The notes: a model not told the origin generated them from the sequence alone. DNA of 64,000 bases from Chitinophagaceae bacterium (GCA_031424835.1 JANPIE010000025.1:10423-74422), one strand, 5' to 3'. Counted from the stretch's first letter, positions 27,893 to 37,215 are shown. Made by a program: numbers and translations.

Positions 27893-28873
27893 TCAAAGGG
27901 CAAGTATCTGCTGCAATTCGGCCGGCGAAACCGTGAGCAGTCCTACCGGTGGCAGGCGCCGCGTGAGCTCTTTCCAGTTCCTGTCCCTTGCAAAGATTGA
28001 CCTGAGCGTAGGTATTGCCTTGCCCAGTTGTTTGTTGTTGGCCAGTGTAATGGCTGTCCAGTACTGCATCTCGAGGTTGGCGGGAAATAATTTCATGGCA
28101 GCATTGTATTCATTCATGGCCAATGGCATATTGTTCTTTTCCACCGCCAGGTCGCCACGGTTCATGTGTTCATACGCCAGGTGTACATTGTATAACCTGC
28201 GCAGCTCTTTGAGGGGTTCGGTTGCATCATCCACGCGGAGGTCCACAGTTGCATTGTTCCAGCTTTCCGCACGGGTACCGGGCACTACAACAAGAGCGGC
28301 AGCCTGCATACCCCGTATATCACCCCCGGCCTGCTGTGCCGCATCCAGTGCGGATAATATCCTTTCTGCAAGCGGTTTGCCCGCTGATTGTTCAAAGGCT
28401 TTGATCATATACTCTGAAACCTGCCCGCCCAGCATCATATTGCTCTGCACACTTACATTGGTTCCCCGGATATGCTTTGCGAACTGGATGCATTTTTTCC
28501 CGGTATGGACAGCAACATTTCCCTTAGCATCAATAATGGCTACCTGCCTTACATCCCTTCCCGCATCTGCTTTCAGGAGGTTATCCATCGCCTGTTGCGC
28601 GGTGAATCCTTTTTTTAACAATGCCAGCGCTTTCGGCCCATAGGATTTATCAACAAAGGATTGTGTAGCTACAGCACCCACCCCCGCTTCGGCCCAGGGA
28701 ACGGATGTGCCCACGCTGAACCAATGGCTTTGTACACCTACTGCCATTTCTCCTGTTTTGGCATCCCTTGCCACAATGGAAAATGTATGCACCAATGGCT
28801 GTTTGGAAGAATACACCTGCGCCCCGGAAACCAGGCAGGTTAATAAGAAGGGAATGACAAATATCTTTTTCAT
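27893..28873 (-). CDS. DUF1028 family protein (Ntn-hydrolase-like) with signal peptide and C-terminal TPR-like helices
   Basis: HTFSIVARD, GAVATQS, RQVAIID, AGGDIRG.QAAALVVV and DLRVDD motifs. Confidence 0.9.
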   Translation of the reverse strand: MKKIFVIPFLLTCLVSGAQVYSSKQPLVHTFSIVARDAKTGEMAVGVQSHWFSVGTSVPWAEAGVGAVATQSFVDKSYGPKALALLKKGFTAQQAMDNLLKADAGRDVRQVAIIDAKGNVAVHTGKKCIQFAKHIRGTNVSVQSNMMLGGQVSEYMIKAFEQSAGKPLAERILSALDAAQQAGGDIRGMQAAALVVVPGTRAESWNNATVDLRVDDATEPLKELRRLYNVHLAYEHMNRGDLAVEKNNMPLAMNEYNAAMKLFPANLEMQYWTAITLANNKQLGKAIPTLRSIFARDRNWKELTRRLPPVGLLTVSPAELQQILAL

Positions 28874-28922
28874 GCGGTATGATTGTCCGCTAAAGTTAAC
28901 CGTTTGTGTCAGATTGCCCGGC

Positions 28923-31076
28923 CTATAACCTGATCTTTATACCGCCATTTACCACGAAACCATCTACGGGTGCATAGATATCACGGAAACTGGGATTGGT
29001 AACAGAACCCGTGTAAATGGTATCAAATCTTGTCTGTCTTGTATCGCTGAAATTTTCAAAATTGATAAACAGGGAAAACCTTTTCCAGAATCTTTCTCCC
29101 ATTAAACCGAAGATCCAGTATGATCTGCCTGTAAATCCATCTGTAAGTTTTTGCGGACTGAAGAAGTAGGCTTCCAGCCCCATCTTTAATTTGCCTTCCT
29201 TTTCATACATGAGCACATTGTTCAAACGATGGCGCGCCGTAAGTGGCAATACGGTTTTTACAGCATTGAAATGTGTGTTCACATCCGCGTAGGTGTATCC
29301 TATAAACAGTTTCAGGTCATTGTATGTAAACCGCAGGTTGGTTTCCATACCCCTTGTATCAATATGCCCGTTTGCGTTGGCAAACTGCCGGGCACTGGCG
29401 GCCCCTGCCACCAATACCAACGGTCTGTTTAATCTTGTGTAGAAGAATAGCTGGTTGGCGGTAAAACCGATGTCGCCAAATTTTGTGCGGTAGTTGATAT
29501 CAAAATTAGCTCCGGCCGATCGCTCATTTTCTACCATGCCCGGGTTAACCGGCAATATATTCCGGAACTGGATTTTTTCTGCCTCTTCATTGAATACAGT
29601 AGGTACTTTGTAGCCCAGGCCCCCGCCGAGCCGCGCGGTAAGCGCGGGTGTGGCTTTCAGCATCAGCGAAAACCTCGGCAATAGTGCAAATCCATAATCA
29701 TCTACATGATCCGTTCTCACCCCCGTTTCCAAACTGAGCCTGGACGTGGGCGACCAGGTATGCTGGATGAATGCGCCCACCGTGGTATGGTTGTAGTTGC
29801 GGAGTGCGTTGTTGTTGAGACGTGTTTCTGCAAATGCATCCGTAACTAGATTGATTCCCAGTACCCATTGAACTTTTTCGGTGTGGATGTTAAAGCTGGC
29901 TTCTGAAAAACTGGATTGCTGCAGGCCGGTAAAGGCATAGGATGGTACTTCAATGGACCTGTTAAACCGGTTATAGCTGCTTTTAAAACCTATAGCGGAA
30001 TGGTCATTAAGTTTGTGGCTGAGTTGCCCCTGTAGTGTAAAACGGTCGGTATGGTTGGTTTCGAAATAGCCCGCTGTACCATTTTTGATATAGTCAGTAC
30101 TGCCGCCTGTACGCTCTTCGGTTATAAGACTGAAACCAATATCCATATGGGTTCTTTCGCCATAAATAAACAAACGGGGATTGATCGTATATCGTTCAAA
30201 GCGTGGAATGGCGGTGAGGCCGATTCCGGCAGGATCATAGGCCCTTGCAGTATTGCGTGAACCAAAAACAGTGATGCCTGTTTTTGTAAAACGCTGGCTG
30301 TAAAATCCGCTTAGATCGAGTCCGCCTGCGGATGTGCCGTTGGCTAGAAAACTCAATTCTCTTTTGGCCTGCGGCGTTTTGGAAATAAGATTGACCAGCC
30401 CCGCAATTGCGCCCCCGCCATATAAGGTGGAGGTAGAACCTTTGATGACTTCTATCTGTTTCAGGTCCAGGGGAGCCACCTGCATAAGACTAAGCCCACC
30501 TGAGAAGCCGCCATACAAGGGCAGACCATCACGCAATACCTGTGTATACCTTCCATCCAAACCCTGGATGCGTATACTGGAATTGTACGAGGTGGCAGAT
30601 GTTTGCTGTGTCTGGATTCCCGTGCTTTCATTCAGTAACATCCGAATATCACCCGGCTTCATGTTTCCTTTCTCTGCGAGTTCCTCACCCGAAATGGTTT
30701 CTGTTCTAGTGGGTGTATTGCTGATGGTGCGACTGGTGCGGGTGGAAGTGACCACCACGTCTTCTTCCTCATCTTCGGTTGCTTCCAGGAAAATTTCTGC
30801 TTCGGTACCGGTTTGCGGTGCGGTGATTGTCATCACCTGTTCTGCAAAACCGATATGAGAAAATTGTATCAGGTAACTGCCTTCCACCAGGTTGTTGAAA
30901 ATGATGAAACCGGCACTATCTGCCAATGCAGTCTTCTTCAACGAAAGGATACGCGCCACCGCGCCCTGCAGGGGTTCTTTTGTTTCCGCGTCTTTTATGA
31001 CGATTCGTAGTGTATGCTGCGCATGCAGCACACCTATTGCAAGCATGAATATAGCAGATAACAATAGTCTTTTCAT
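28923..31076 (-). CDS. TonB-dependent receptor (CirA/FepA-like, not SusC)
   Basis: Signal peptide MKRLLLSAIFMLAIGVLHAQ; plug motifs VVVTSTRT, IRIQGLDGRYTQVLRDG and IEVIKGSTSTLYGGGAIAGLVNLISK. Start ATG 31076. Confidence 0.93.
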   Translation of the reverse strand: MKRLLLSAIFMLAIGVLHAQHTLRIVIKDAETKEPLQGAVARILSLKKTALADSAGFIIFNNLVEGSYLIQFSHIGFAEQVMTITAPQTGTEAEIFLEATEDEEEDVVVTSTRTSRTISNTPTRTETISGEELAEKGNMKPGDIRMLLNESTGIQTQQTSATSYNSSIRIQGLDGRYTQVLRDGLPLYGGFSGGLSLMQVAPLDLKQIEVIKGSTSTLYGGGAIAGLVNLISKTPQAKRELSFLANGTSAGGLDLSGFYSQRFTKTGITVFGSRNTARAYDPAGIGLTAIPRFERYTINPRLFIYGERTHMDIGFSLITEERTGGSTDYIKNGTAGYFETNHTDRFTLQGQLSHKLNDHSAIGFKSSYNRFNRSIEVPSYAFTGLQQSSFSEASFNIHTEKVQWVLGINLVTDAFAETRLNNNALRNYNHTTVGAFIQHTWSPTSRLSLETGVRTDHVDDYGFALLPRFSLMLKATPALTARLGGGLGYKVPTVFNEEAEKIQFRNILPVNPGMVENERSAGANFDINYRTKFGDIGFTANQLFFYTRLNRPLVLVAGAASARQFANANGHIDTRGMETNLRFTYNDLKLFIGYTYADVNTHFNAVKTVLPLTARHRLNNVLMYEKEGKLKMGLEAYFFSPQKLTDGFTGRSYWIFGLMGERFWKRFSLFINFENFSDTRQTRFDTIYTGSVTNPSFRDIYAPVDGFVVNGGIKIRL

Positions 31077-31201
31077 ATGGTCGCTAAGGTACGGGGGGAA
31101 TGCTTTGCAGGCGGCTGGCAGGCGGTTCATTTTTTCCTGGCTGCAAGGGATGCAGAATGCGGAACGGTTTATTGCCTCATAGGAGGCAATAAAATTTGCG
31201 T

Positions 31202-31229
31202 AAAAAAACCGCGCTAAGAATAGCGCGGT
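31202..31229 (-). terminator. Rho-independent terminator of the PDZ gene
   Basis: On the minus strand: ACCGCGCTA-TTCT-TAGCGCGGT followed by T6. Confidence 0.85.
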
Positions 31230-31266
31230 GTACAACATGAGAAAAAATCAAGAAAGTCGTAGGACC

Positions 31267-32244
31267 TTATAATTCTGCGGTCTTTAATTTTTTAGGGAAT
31301 GAAAGGGTGGCTGTTTGTGTTTTACCGGCGCGCTGGTAAGTAATTTTCAGGCTATCGCCTTCTTTCAGTTCGCTTACCTGCGACCTGAGTTCATCAACTG
31401 AAGCAACTGCTTTACCATCTATTTCAGTGATCACGTCATCTTTTTGTAAGCCGGCCCTGGCCGCAGCAGATTCGCTGTCAACGTCAAGGATTTTAACGCC
31501 TTTTCCTTCAGACAGGTCCTGTATACCCAGGCCCAGCCGGGGTTTGCGGGAAAAGGAAAAGTCTTTTCCATCCATGTGTGGCATTGATGGCATTTTGAAA
31601 TTAAAATCGCGCGGGAAATTATCGCCAAAATCCCTGCTATCAAATTTGAAAGTTTTTGCCATCGAGCCGGTTTTGCCGAGTGTAGCCGTTACCTGTGCCT
31701 CTTTTCCATCACGCAGGTAACTGATGGTAACTTTTTCTTCCGGCTTGTATTTGCCGATGGCATCAAACAGGTCATCGCTGCTTTCAATTTTCGTATCACC
31801 CACTTTTGTTATGATATCATCTTTTTTCAATCCGGCTTTTTCAGCGGCGCTTTCTTTTTCTACGGAGTTTATTTTCGCACCCTTCTCATTTTTTTCAGAG
31901 GCTACCCCCAGAAAGGCACGACTACCGCCAAATGGAAACTCATCACCCATCATTCTCAGGCTGCCCCTAGGCACCCGATCCCTGATGCGTGCCAGTGGTC
32001 CATAACTTCTGTCGCGAAGCACTTCAATATCCGAGTCCTTCAGTTCGTCGAGTGGTTTTCCATTAACGGTGATCTGGTCCCCATCAATGACAATGGTGGT
32101 CTTTTCTTTGCTGTCACCTTTTTTCCGGATGGTTACACTGCCCTCTTTCTTTTTCAGAGGCGGGTCAATTTCTTTTGTTTGTGCAAAGGCTCCTGTGCCC
32201 AGTGCCAGAGCCAGAAAGGCGAGGGAGAAAAATTTCCTATTCAT
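31267..32244 (-). CDS. Secreted protein with two PDZ domains and no protease domain
   Basis: Signal peptide; AFLGV...SAAEKAGLKKDDII and RLGLGI...SAAARAGLQKDDVI; no trypsin or S41 catalytic motifs seen. Confidence 0.88.
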   Translation of the reverse strand: MNRKFFSLAFLALALGTGAFAQTKEIDPPLKKKEGSVTIRKKGDSKEKTTIVIDGDQITVNGKPLDELKDSDIEVLRDRSYGPLARIRDRVPRGSLRMMGDEFPFGGSRAFLGVASEKNEKGAKINSVEKESAAEKAGLKKDDIITKVGDTKIESSDDLFDAIGKYKPEEKVTISYLRDGKEAQVTATLGKTGSMAKTFKFDSRDFGDNFPRDFNFKMPSMPHMDGKDFSFSRKPRLGLGIQDLSEGKGVKILDVDSESAAARAGLQKDDVITEIDGKAVASVDELRSQVSELKEGDSLKITYQRAGKTQTATLSFPKKLKTAEL

Positions 32245-32355
32245 GGTGTAAAGTTTTAGTTGTACGAATTATTTAGTAGATCAAATCTAACGGATTTTGG
32301 AAATACGAAACAATTCGCAAATGTTAAAAAAGGTTAATGATTTTGTGGGAGTTGA

Positions 32356-32874
32356 TCAGTGAGAGGTTGAGGGATTGATAAGGCGGTAGGTTTTTACGGC
32401 ACATCCATCGACCCGCTCAAAACCAATGTGTTGCATACCTGCTTTTTCCAAAACCTGCAAAGAGACATGGTTGTCGGTCTGCGCCATTGCTGCTATTTCG
32501 GTCAGCTTTAGCTCATTAAAACCATGAGCAAGGAGTGCAACAGCGGCTTCCGTTGCATAACCTTTCCCCCAGTATGCCCGCATAAGGCGATAGCCAAGAT
32601 CAGTTTCCTTTCTTTCAGGACGGTATTTAAGTCCGCCCCACCCAATGAATGCATTGTTTTCTTTCAAATGAATGGCCCAGCGGCCGTACCCATACTCTTT
32701 GTACTGTGTGAGAATGCGATCAAGATTTTTGCCCGCGGAATTGATATCGGTAACGGGTTCTTCGTGAACAAATTTCACTACTTCCGGGTCACTGTTAAGT
32801 TGGTAGATGAGTGGGGCGTCATCTTCGGTGAACTCGCGGAAGTGCAGTCGTTCGGATTGGAGAATTGTTTTCAT
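32356..32874 (-). CDS. GNAT family N-acetyltransferase (RimJ/RimL type)
   Basis: LQSERLHFREF, DLGYRLMRAYWGKGYATEAA and NHVSLQVLEKAGM. Confidence 0.92.
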   Translation of the reverse strand: MKTILQSERLHFREFTEDDAPLIYQLNSDPEVVKFVHEEPVTDINSAGKNLDRILTQYKEYGYGRWAIHLKENNAFIGWGGLKYRPERKETDLGYRLMRAYWGKGYATEAAVALLAHGFNELKLTEIAAMAQTDNHVSLQVLEKAGMQHIGFERVDGCAVKTYRLINPSTSH

Positions 32875-32887
32875 GCCAAAAGATTTT

Positions 32888-32936
32888 AGCCGCAGGTTCG
32901 CAGATTTTTTCTGATTAAATCTGCGAATCTACGGCT
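32888..32936. repeat. 20-bp imperfect inverted repeat (CGCAGAT nonamer type)
   Basis: AGCCGCAGGTTCGCAGATTT / AAATCTGCGAATCTACGGCT, 18 of 20 complementary. Confidence 0.75.
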
Positions 32937-32960
32937 GGAAAATAGCGGACCGGCTTAATT

Positions 32961-35585
32961 TTAAGCTGGCTCAGTCAATAGAGACTTCACTTTCGCAATC
33001 ACTTGCTGTAGGTTACCTGCATCCTGCCCACCGGCGGTGGCAAGTGTTTTTTGTCCGCCGCCCCCGCCTTTGATCAAACCTGATATATGTTCTTTGATGA
33101 TCCTAGGCGCTTCCAGGTTTTTTGACGTACTGATATGATCATCTATCAGTATGGCAACCTGCGCCTTGCCTTCTACATTTGCAGCAAGTACCACCAGGTA
33201 ATCTGTAAGCTCATTCTTAAGTTCAAAACACAATTTCTTCAGGCTATCGGCATTGCCAACTTCTACCACCGCGCCAATGAAACAGACACCGTTTATATTT
33301 TCCGTTTTCTGCAGCAGTTCATTTTTAATGCTCACCAGTTGTTTGGCCTCAAGGCTTTCCATGCGTTTTCTCAACTCACTGTTCTCAACTGCTAACGTTT
33401 CTATAGACTTTGCTAGGTCTTTGGGGCCTTTTAAAGTTTCGCGAATTATGCGAACCTGTTCAAATTGTTCGTTGATGAGTTCTTCAGCCGCTTTACCGCT
33501 TACGGCTTCTATTCTTCTTACGCCGGCGGCAACTGCCGATTCGTTTCTGATCTTAAAAAAACCCAATTCGCCGGTTGCGCAGGTATGTGTGCCACCGCAT
33601 AACTCAATGGAAAAATGGGGGTCCATCATGACTACGCGTACCGTGTCTCCATATTTTTCTCCAAACAGCGCCATGGCACCCATCCCTATCGCTTCATCCT
33701 TGTGCATTTCTTTGATATGAACGGGGATATTGGCGCGGATTTTTTCATTCACCAGCGCTTCTACCTGTGCCATCTCTTCATCCGACACTTTAGCAAAATG
33801 TGAAAAGTCGAAACGCAGGTAGGATTCGTTTACCAGGCTTCCTTTCTGCGCCACATGTTTACCCAATACGCTGCGTAAGGCAGCATGCAGCAAATGCGTG
33901 GCGCTGTGGTGCACAGCAGTGGCCCTTCGTTTTGAATGATCCACTTTGGCCATTACCGCTGCATTTATTTTTTTAGGAAGTCGTTCGGTAAAATGTATGA
34001 TGAGGTTATTCTCTTTTTTGGTATCAGTAACAGCAATGACTTCTCCTTCAAAATCAAGTACGCCAGTGTCTCCTGCCTGCCCGCCGCTTTCGGCATAAAA
34101 AGGTGTTGCTTCCAATACAAGCTGGTAGGCTTCTTTGCCCTTTGCCTTCACCTTCCGGTATCTGGTAACTTTGCTGGGTATTTCGAGTGAATCGTATCCC
34201 ACAAATTCATTTTGCCCGCTTTCTGTAACCGTTATCCAGTCTTCAGTATCCACAGTACCGGCTGCGCGGCTGCGGTTTTTCTGCTGCAGCATTTCTGTTT
34301 CAAAACCCGCTTCATCCACTGAAAGATTTTTTTCACCGGCTATCAGGCGCGTGAGGTCAAGCGGAAAACCAAATGTGTCAAATAATTCAAACGCTGCTTT
34401 TCCTGCTATTTCTTTGCCGGAGGTCGCAATAATGTCATCGATCCTTTTTAATCCTTTGTCCAGTGTTTTCAGGAAAGCATCTTCTTCTTCTTTCACAACC
34501 TTACTCACAAAATCAAGTTGTTTACCCAGTTCAGGAAAAACACTCTCAAACTGTTTGGCCAGCAAAGGCAGTAGCTGGAACAGCAGGGGCTGTTTATAAT
34601 CGAGATAGGTATAATAATAACGCACGGCCCTTCGTAAAATACGCCTGATCACGTAACCTGCGCCATTGTTGGATGGGAGCTGTCCATCTGCAATGGTAAA
34701 GGCAATGGCGCGCAGGTGATCTGCCAATACACGAAAGGCGATCGCTTCTTTGCTATCGTCCTGCGCATATTTTTTTGCCGTAATTTTTTCTATGGCAGCA
34801 ATGGTACCGCTGAAAACATCGGTATCATAATTACTTTGTTTTCCCTGCAGTACGCGCACCAGTCGTTCAAATCCCATACCGGTATCCACATGCCGTGCCG
34901 GCAGCGGCTCCAGTGATCCATCTTTTAATCGGTTAAACTGGATGAATACATTGTTCCAGATCTCAATCACCTGCGGATGGTCATTGTTTACCAGTGTTTT
35001 GCCCTCCACAAGTTTTCTTTCTGCATCGGGTCTGCAATCCACATGGATCTCGGTACATGGACCACAAGGGCCCGTATCCCCCATCTCCCAGAAATTATCT
35101 TTCTTGCCAAATAGCAGGATGCGGTCCTCGGGTATTACTTTTTTCCATTCTGCAAATGCCTCATCATCTTTTGGCAAACCTTCTTTATCGTCGCCCGCAA
35201 AAATGCTTACGTACAAACGGTTTTTATCCAGTTTATAGGCTTCCGTTAACAGCTCCCAGCTCCAGGCAATGGCTTCTTTTTTGAAGTAGTCGCCAAAGCT
35301 CCAGTTACCAAGCATTTCGAACATGGTATGGTGATAGGTGTCTACGCCTACTTCTTCCAGGTCGTTATGTTTGCCGCTTACACGAAGGCATTTTTGCGTA
35401 TCGGCAATACGGGGTGAATCGGGGGTTTTGTTACCGAGAAAATAATCCTTGAACTGGTTCATACCTGCATTGGTGAAGAGCAGGGTGGGATCATTCTTTA
35501 CCACGATAGGCGCAGAGGGGACGATCTGGTGTTTCTTTGCTGCAAAGAAATCCAGGAATTGTTTGCGTATCTCTGCACTTGTCAT
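32961..35585 (-). CDS. alaS: Alanine--tRNA ligase
   Basis: DPTLLFTNAGMNQFK, HHTMFEMLGNWSFGDYFK, DTGMGFER, HHSATHLLHAAL, ELCGGTH editing site and KGGGGG DHHA1. Start ATG 35585. Confidence 0.99.
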   Translation of the reverse strand: MTSAEIRKQFLDFFAAKKHQIVPSAPIVVKNDPTLLFTNAGMNQFKDYFLGNKTPDSPRIADTQKCLRVSGKHNDLEEVGVDTYHHTMFEMLGNWSFGDYFKKEAIAWSWELLTEAYKLDKNRLYVSIFAGDDKEGLPKDDEAFAEWKKVIPEDRILLFGKKDNFWEMGDTGPCGPCTEIHVDCRPDAERKLVEGKTLVNNDHPQVIEIWNNVFIQFNRLKDGSLEPLPARHVDTGMGFERLVRVLQGKQSNYDTDVFSGTIAAIEKITAKKYAQDDSKEAIAFRVLADHLRAIAFTIADGQLPSNNGAGYVIRRILRRAVRYYYTYLDYKQPLLFQLLPLLAKQFESVFPELGKQLDFVSKVVKEEEDAFLKTLDKGLKRIDDIIATSGKEIAGKAAFELFDTFGFPLDLTRLIAGEKNLSVDEAGFETEMLQQKNRSRAAGTVDTEDWITVTESGQNEFVGYDSLEIPSKVTRYRKVKAKGKEAYQLVLEATPFYAESGGQAGDTGVLDFEGEVIAVTDTKKENNLIIHFTERLPKKINAAVMAKVDHSKRRATAVHHSATHLLHAALRSVLGKHVAQKGSLVNESYLRFDFSHFAKVSDEEMAQVEALVNEKIRANIPVHIKEMHKDEAIGMGAMALFGEKYGDTVRVVMMDPHFSIELCGGTHTCATGELGFFKIRNESAVAAGVRRIEAVSGKAAEELINEQFEQVRIIRETLKGPKDLAKSIETLAVENSELRKRMESLEAKQLVSIKNELLQKTENINGVCFIGAVVEVGNADSLKKLCFELKNELTDYLVVLAANVEGKAQVAILIDDHISTSKNLEAPRIIKEHISGLIKGGGGGQKTLATAGGQDAGNLQQVIAKVKSLLTEPA

Positions 35586-35654
35586 CGGAGTAGCCAAATT
35601 TTAAGAAGCCAGTTAGGTGGTTAGAAACTATATTTGAACTCTTTTTAAGGGTGT

Positions 35655-35662
35655 CAAAGGTA
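35655..35662 (-). promoter_or_regulatory. Bacteroidota -7 box (TACCTTTG) for alaS
   Basis: Exact TAnnTTTG match about 70 nt upstream of the start. Confidence 0.65.
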
Positions 35663-35673
35663 AGGATTTACGC

Positions 35674-35715
35674 CGTCAAACGTGAATCGTGCGGTGTGAA
35701 TGGTGAATAGTTGAT
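35674..35715 (+). repeat. Single-arm heptamer array (NGTGAAT), about 6 units
   Basis: CGTCAAA CGTGAAT CGTGCGG TGTGAAT GGTGAAT AGTTGAT. Confidence 0.65.
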
Positions 35716-35796
35716 GGGGCCTGGAATTTTCCTGTCCGGCATTGACATTTCCCATTTACCAGCCTCCTAACCCTGCCCGCATTAGCTCGCGCCGTT

Positions 35797-36768
35797 ATGA
35801 AAAAGGTCAAATACTATTATAATACCCATACCCTCCGCTATGAAAAGCTGGATACCCCTTTGCGGGTAAGGCTGTTGCGGGTAATTGGGTTTATAGCGGC
35901 TTCCATCGTAACCGGCCTGCTCATCTTTGCCATTGCCTTCCAGTACATAGATTCACCCAAAGAAAAATACCTGCGCCAGCAGAACCAGGACCTAAAAGAA
36001 AATTACAGTGTATTCATGGAGCGCATCAAACAGCTGGAGTTGCAGATGGATGAGATTGAAAACCGCGATAACAATGTATACCGTTCGATATTTGAATCGA
36101 AGCCCATTCCGGATAGCGCCCGCATTCGCGACATGGAACGAAAAAATGAAGTAAAGCTGGTGCAGCAGATGGGTGAGTCAGAGTTGGTAACCAGTATTGC
36201 CGCCCAGCTAAACAATCTTTCGCTGCGTTCTGCCTACCAGATGAAATCATTTGATGAGATTGCCGGTATGGTAAAGAATAAAGAAAAATTATTGGCATCA
36301 ATACCCGCTATTCAGCCGGTGAGCAATAAAAACCTGAACCGGATTGCGTCTGGATTTGGTTACCGGATCGATCCCGTATACAAGGACCGGAGGCCACATA
36401 TGGGATTGGATTTTACCGCTCCGCAGGGCACACCCATTTATGCTACAGCCGATGGTGTAGTGCGGGATGCGGGTTTCAATACCGGCGGACATGGGAACCG
36501 CGTTGTGATTCACCATGGATATGGATATGAAACCCTGTACGGCCATATGTACCGGGTGAAGGCACGCGTAGGTGAGCAGGTAAAAAGAGGCGAGGTAATC
36601 GGTTATATCGGAAATACGGGTAAAAGCACCGGCCCCCACTGCCATTACGAAGTACACAAAAACGGAATTCCCGTTGACCCCATCTACTATTTCTACAACG
36701 ACCTGACCCCGGCGCAATTTGACCGGATATTGAAACTTGCCGCGGCTAGTAACCAGAGCTTTGATTAG
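35797..36768 (+). CDS. M23 family metallopeptidase (MepM-like)
   Basis: N-terminal TM and coiled coil; HMGLDF (HxxxD) and STGPHCHYEV (HxH). Confidence 0.95.
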   Translation: MKKVKYYYNTHTLRYEKLDTPLRVRLLRVIGFIAASIVTGLLIFAIAFQYIDSPKEKYLRQQNQDLKENYSVFMERIKQLELQMDEIENRDNNVYRSIFESKPIPDSARIRDMERKNEVKLVQQMGESELVTSIAAQLNNLSLRSAYQMKSFDEIAGMVKNKEKLLASIPAIQPVSNKNLNRIASGFGYRIDPVYKDRRPHMGLDFTAPQGTPIYATADGVVRDAGFNTGGHGNRVVIHHGYGYETLYGHMYRVKARVGEQVKRGEVIGYIGNTGKSTGPHCHYEVHKNGIPVDPIYYFYNDLTPAQFDRILKLAAASNQSFD

Positions 36769-36786
36769 CGGCGCAGGTGGGTGCGG

Positions 36787-36887
36787 CGTCAGTCGTGAGT
36801 GGTCAGTTGTGAGACGTCGGTCGTGAGTGGGATTTATACTCACGATTCACGTCTCACGATTGACGTCTTACGATTGACGTCTTCCCA
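36787..36887. repeat. Inverted pair of heptamer arrays (CGTGAGW / CTCACGW family), 6 + 7 units, 10-nt loop
   Basis: CGTCAGT CGTGAGT GGTCAGT TGTGAGA CGTCGGT CGTGAGT -GGGATTTATA- CTCACGA TTCACGT CTCACGA TTGACGT CTTACGA TTGACGT CTTCCCA. Confidence 0.88.
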
Positions 36888-36931
36888 AATTCTCGTTTTT
36901 GTCGATCTTTGCCTCACATTCAGCCTGCCTC

Positions 36932-37162
36932 ATGGAACCCGGCGTTAAAAAATACCTGCAGCGTATCATCAACACCCTCTCGCTGGGATTGATCTGGATG
37001 GCATTGAACAGCACATTCGGGATCATGTATGGACATGCATTTATTAATGAACATGTCCGCAGGGGTAATATAATATTTTATGTTTGGTTCGTCATCAGCC
37101 TCACTGCTTTTCTCTGGTGGGTAATAAGGGTATGGAGCAAGCCTATTGATTTTGAAGAATGA
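36932..37162 (+). CDS. Small 2-TM hypothetical protein
   Basis: MEPGVKKYL start, two hydrophobic helices, preceded by a GATCTTTG -7-like box. Confidence 0.65.
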   Translation: MEPGVKKYLQRIINTLSLGLIWMALNSTFGIMYGHAFINEHVRRGNIIFYVWFVISLTAFLWWVIRVWSKPIDFEE

Positions 37163-37215
37163 GTAAACGGTGGGATGGACCACACAGGGCCATCGCCCGT
37201 GAGGAAAGCGGAGGC

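Noticed and set aside
27609-28643. 344-aa plus-strand ORF
   Set aside because: Antisense shadow of the DUF1028 gene and gatB 5' end; Ser/Ala/Cys-rich with no recognisable motif.
31077-31266. Cobalamin or TPP riboswitch upstream of the TonB receptor
   Set aside because: No B12-box or TPP core motifs; the region is explained by a terminator, one palindrome and a promoter box next to the ATG.
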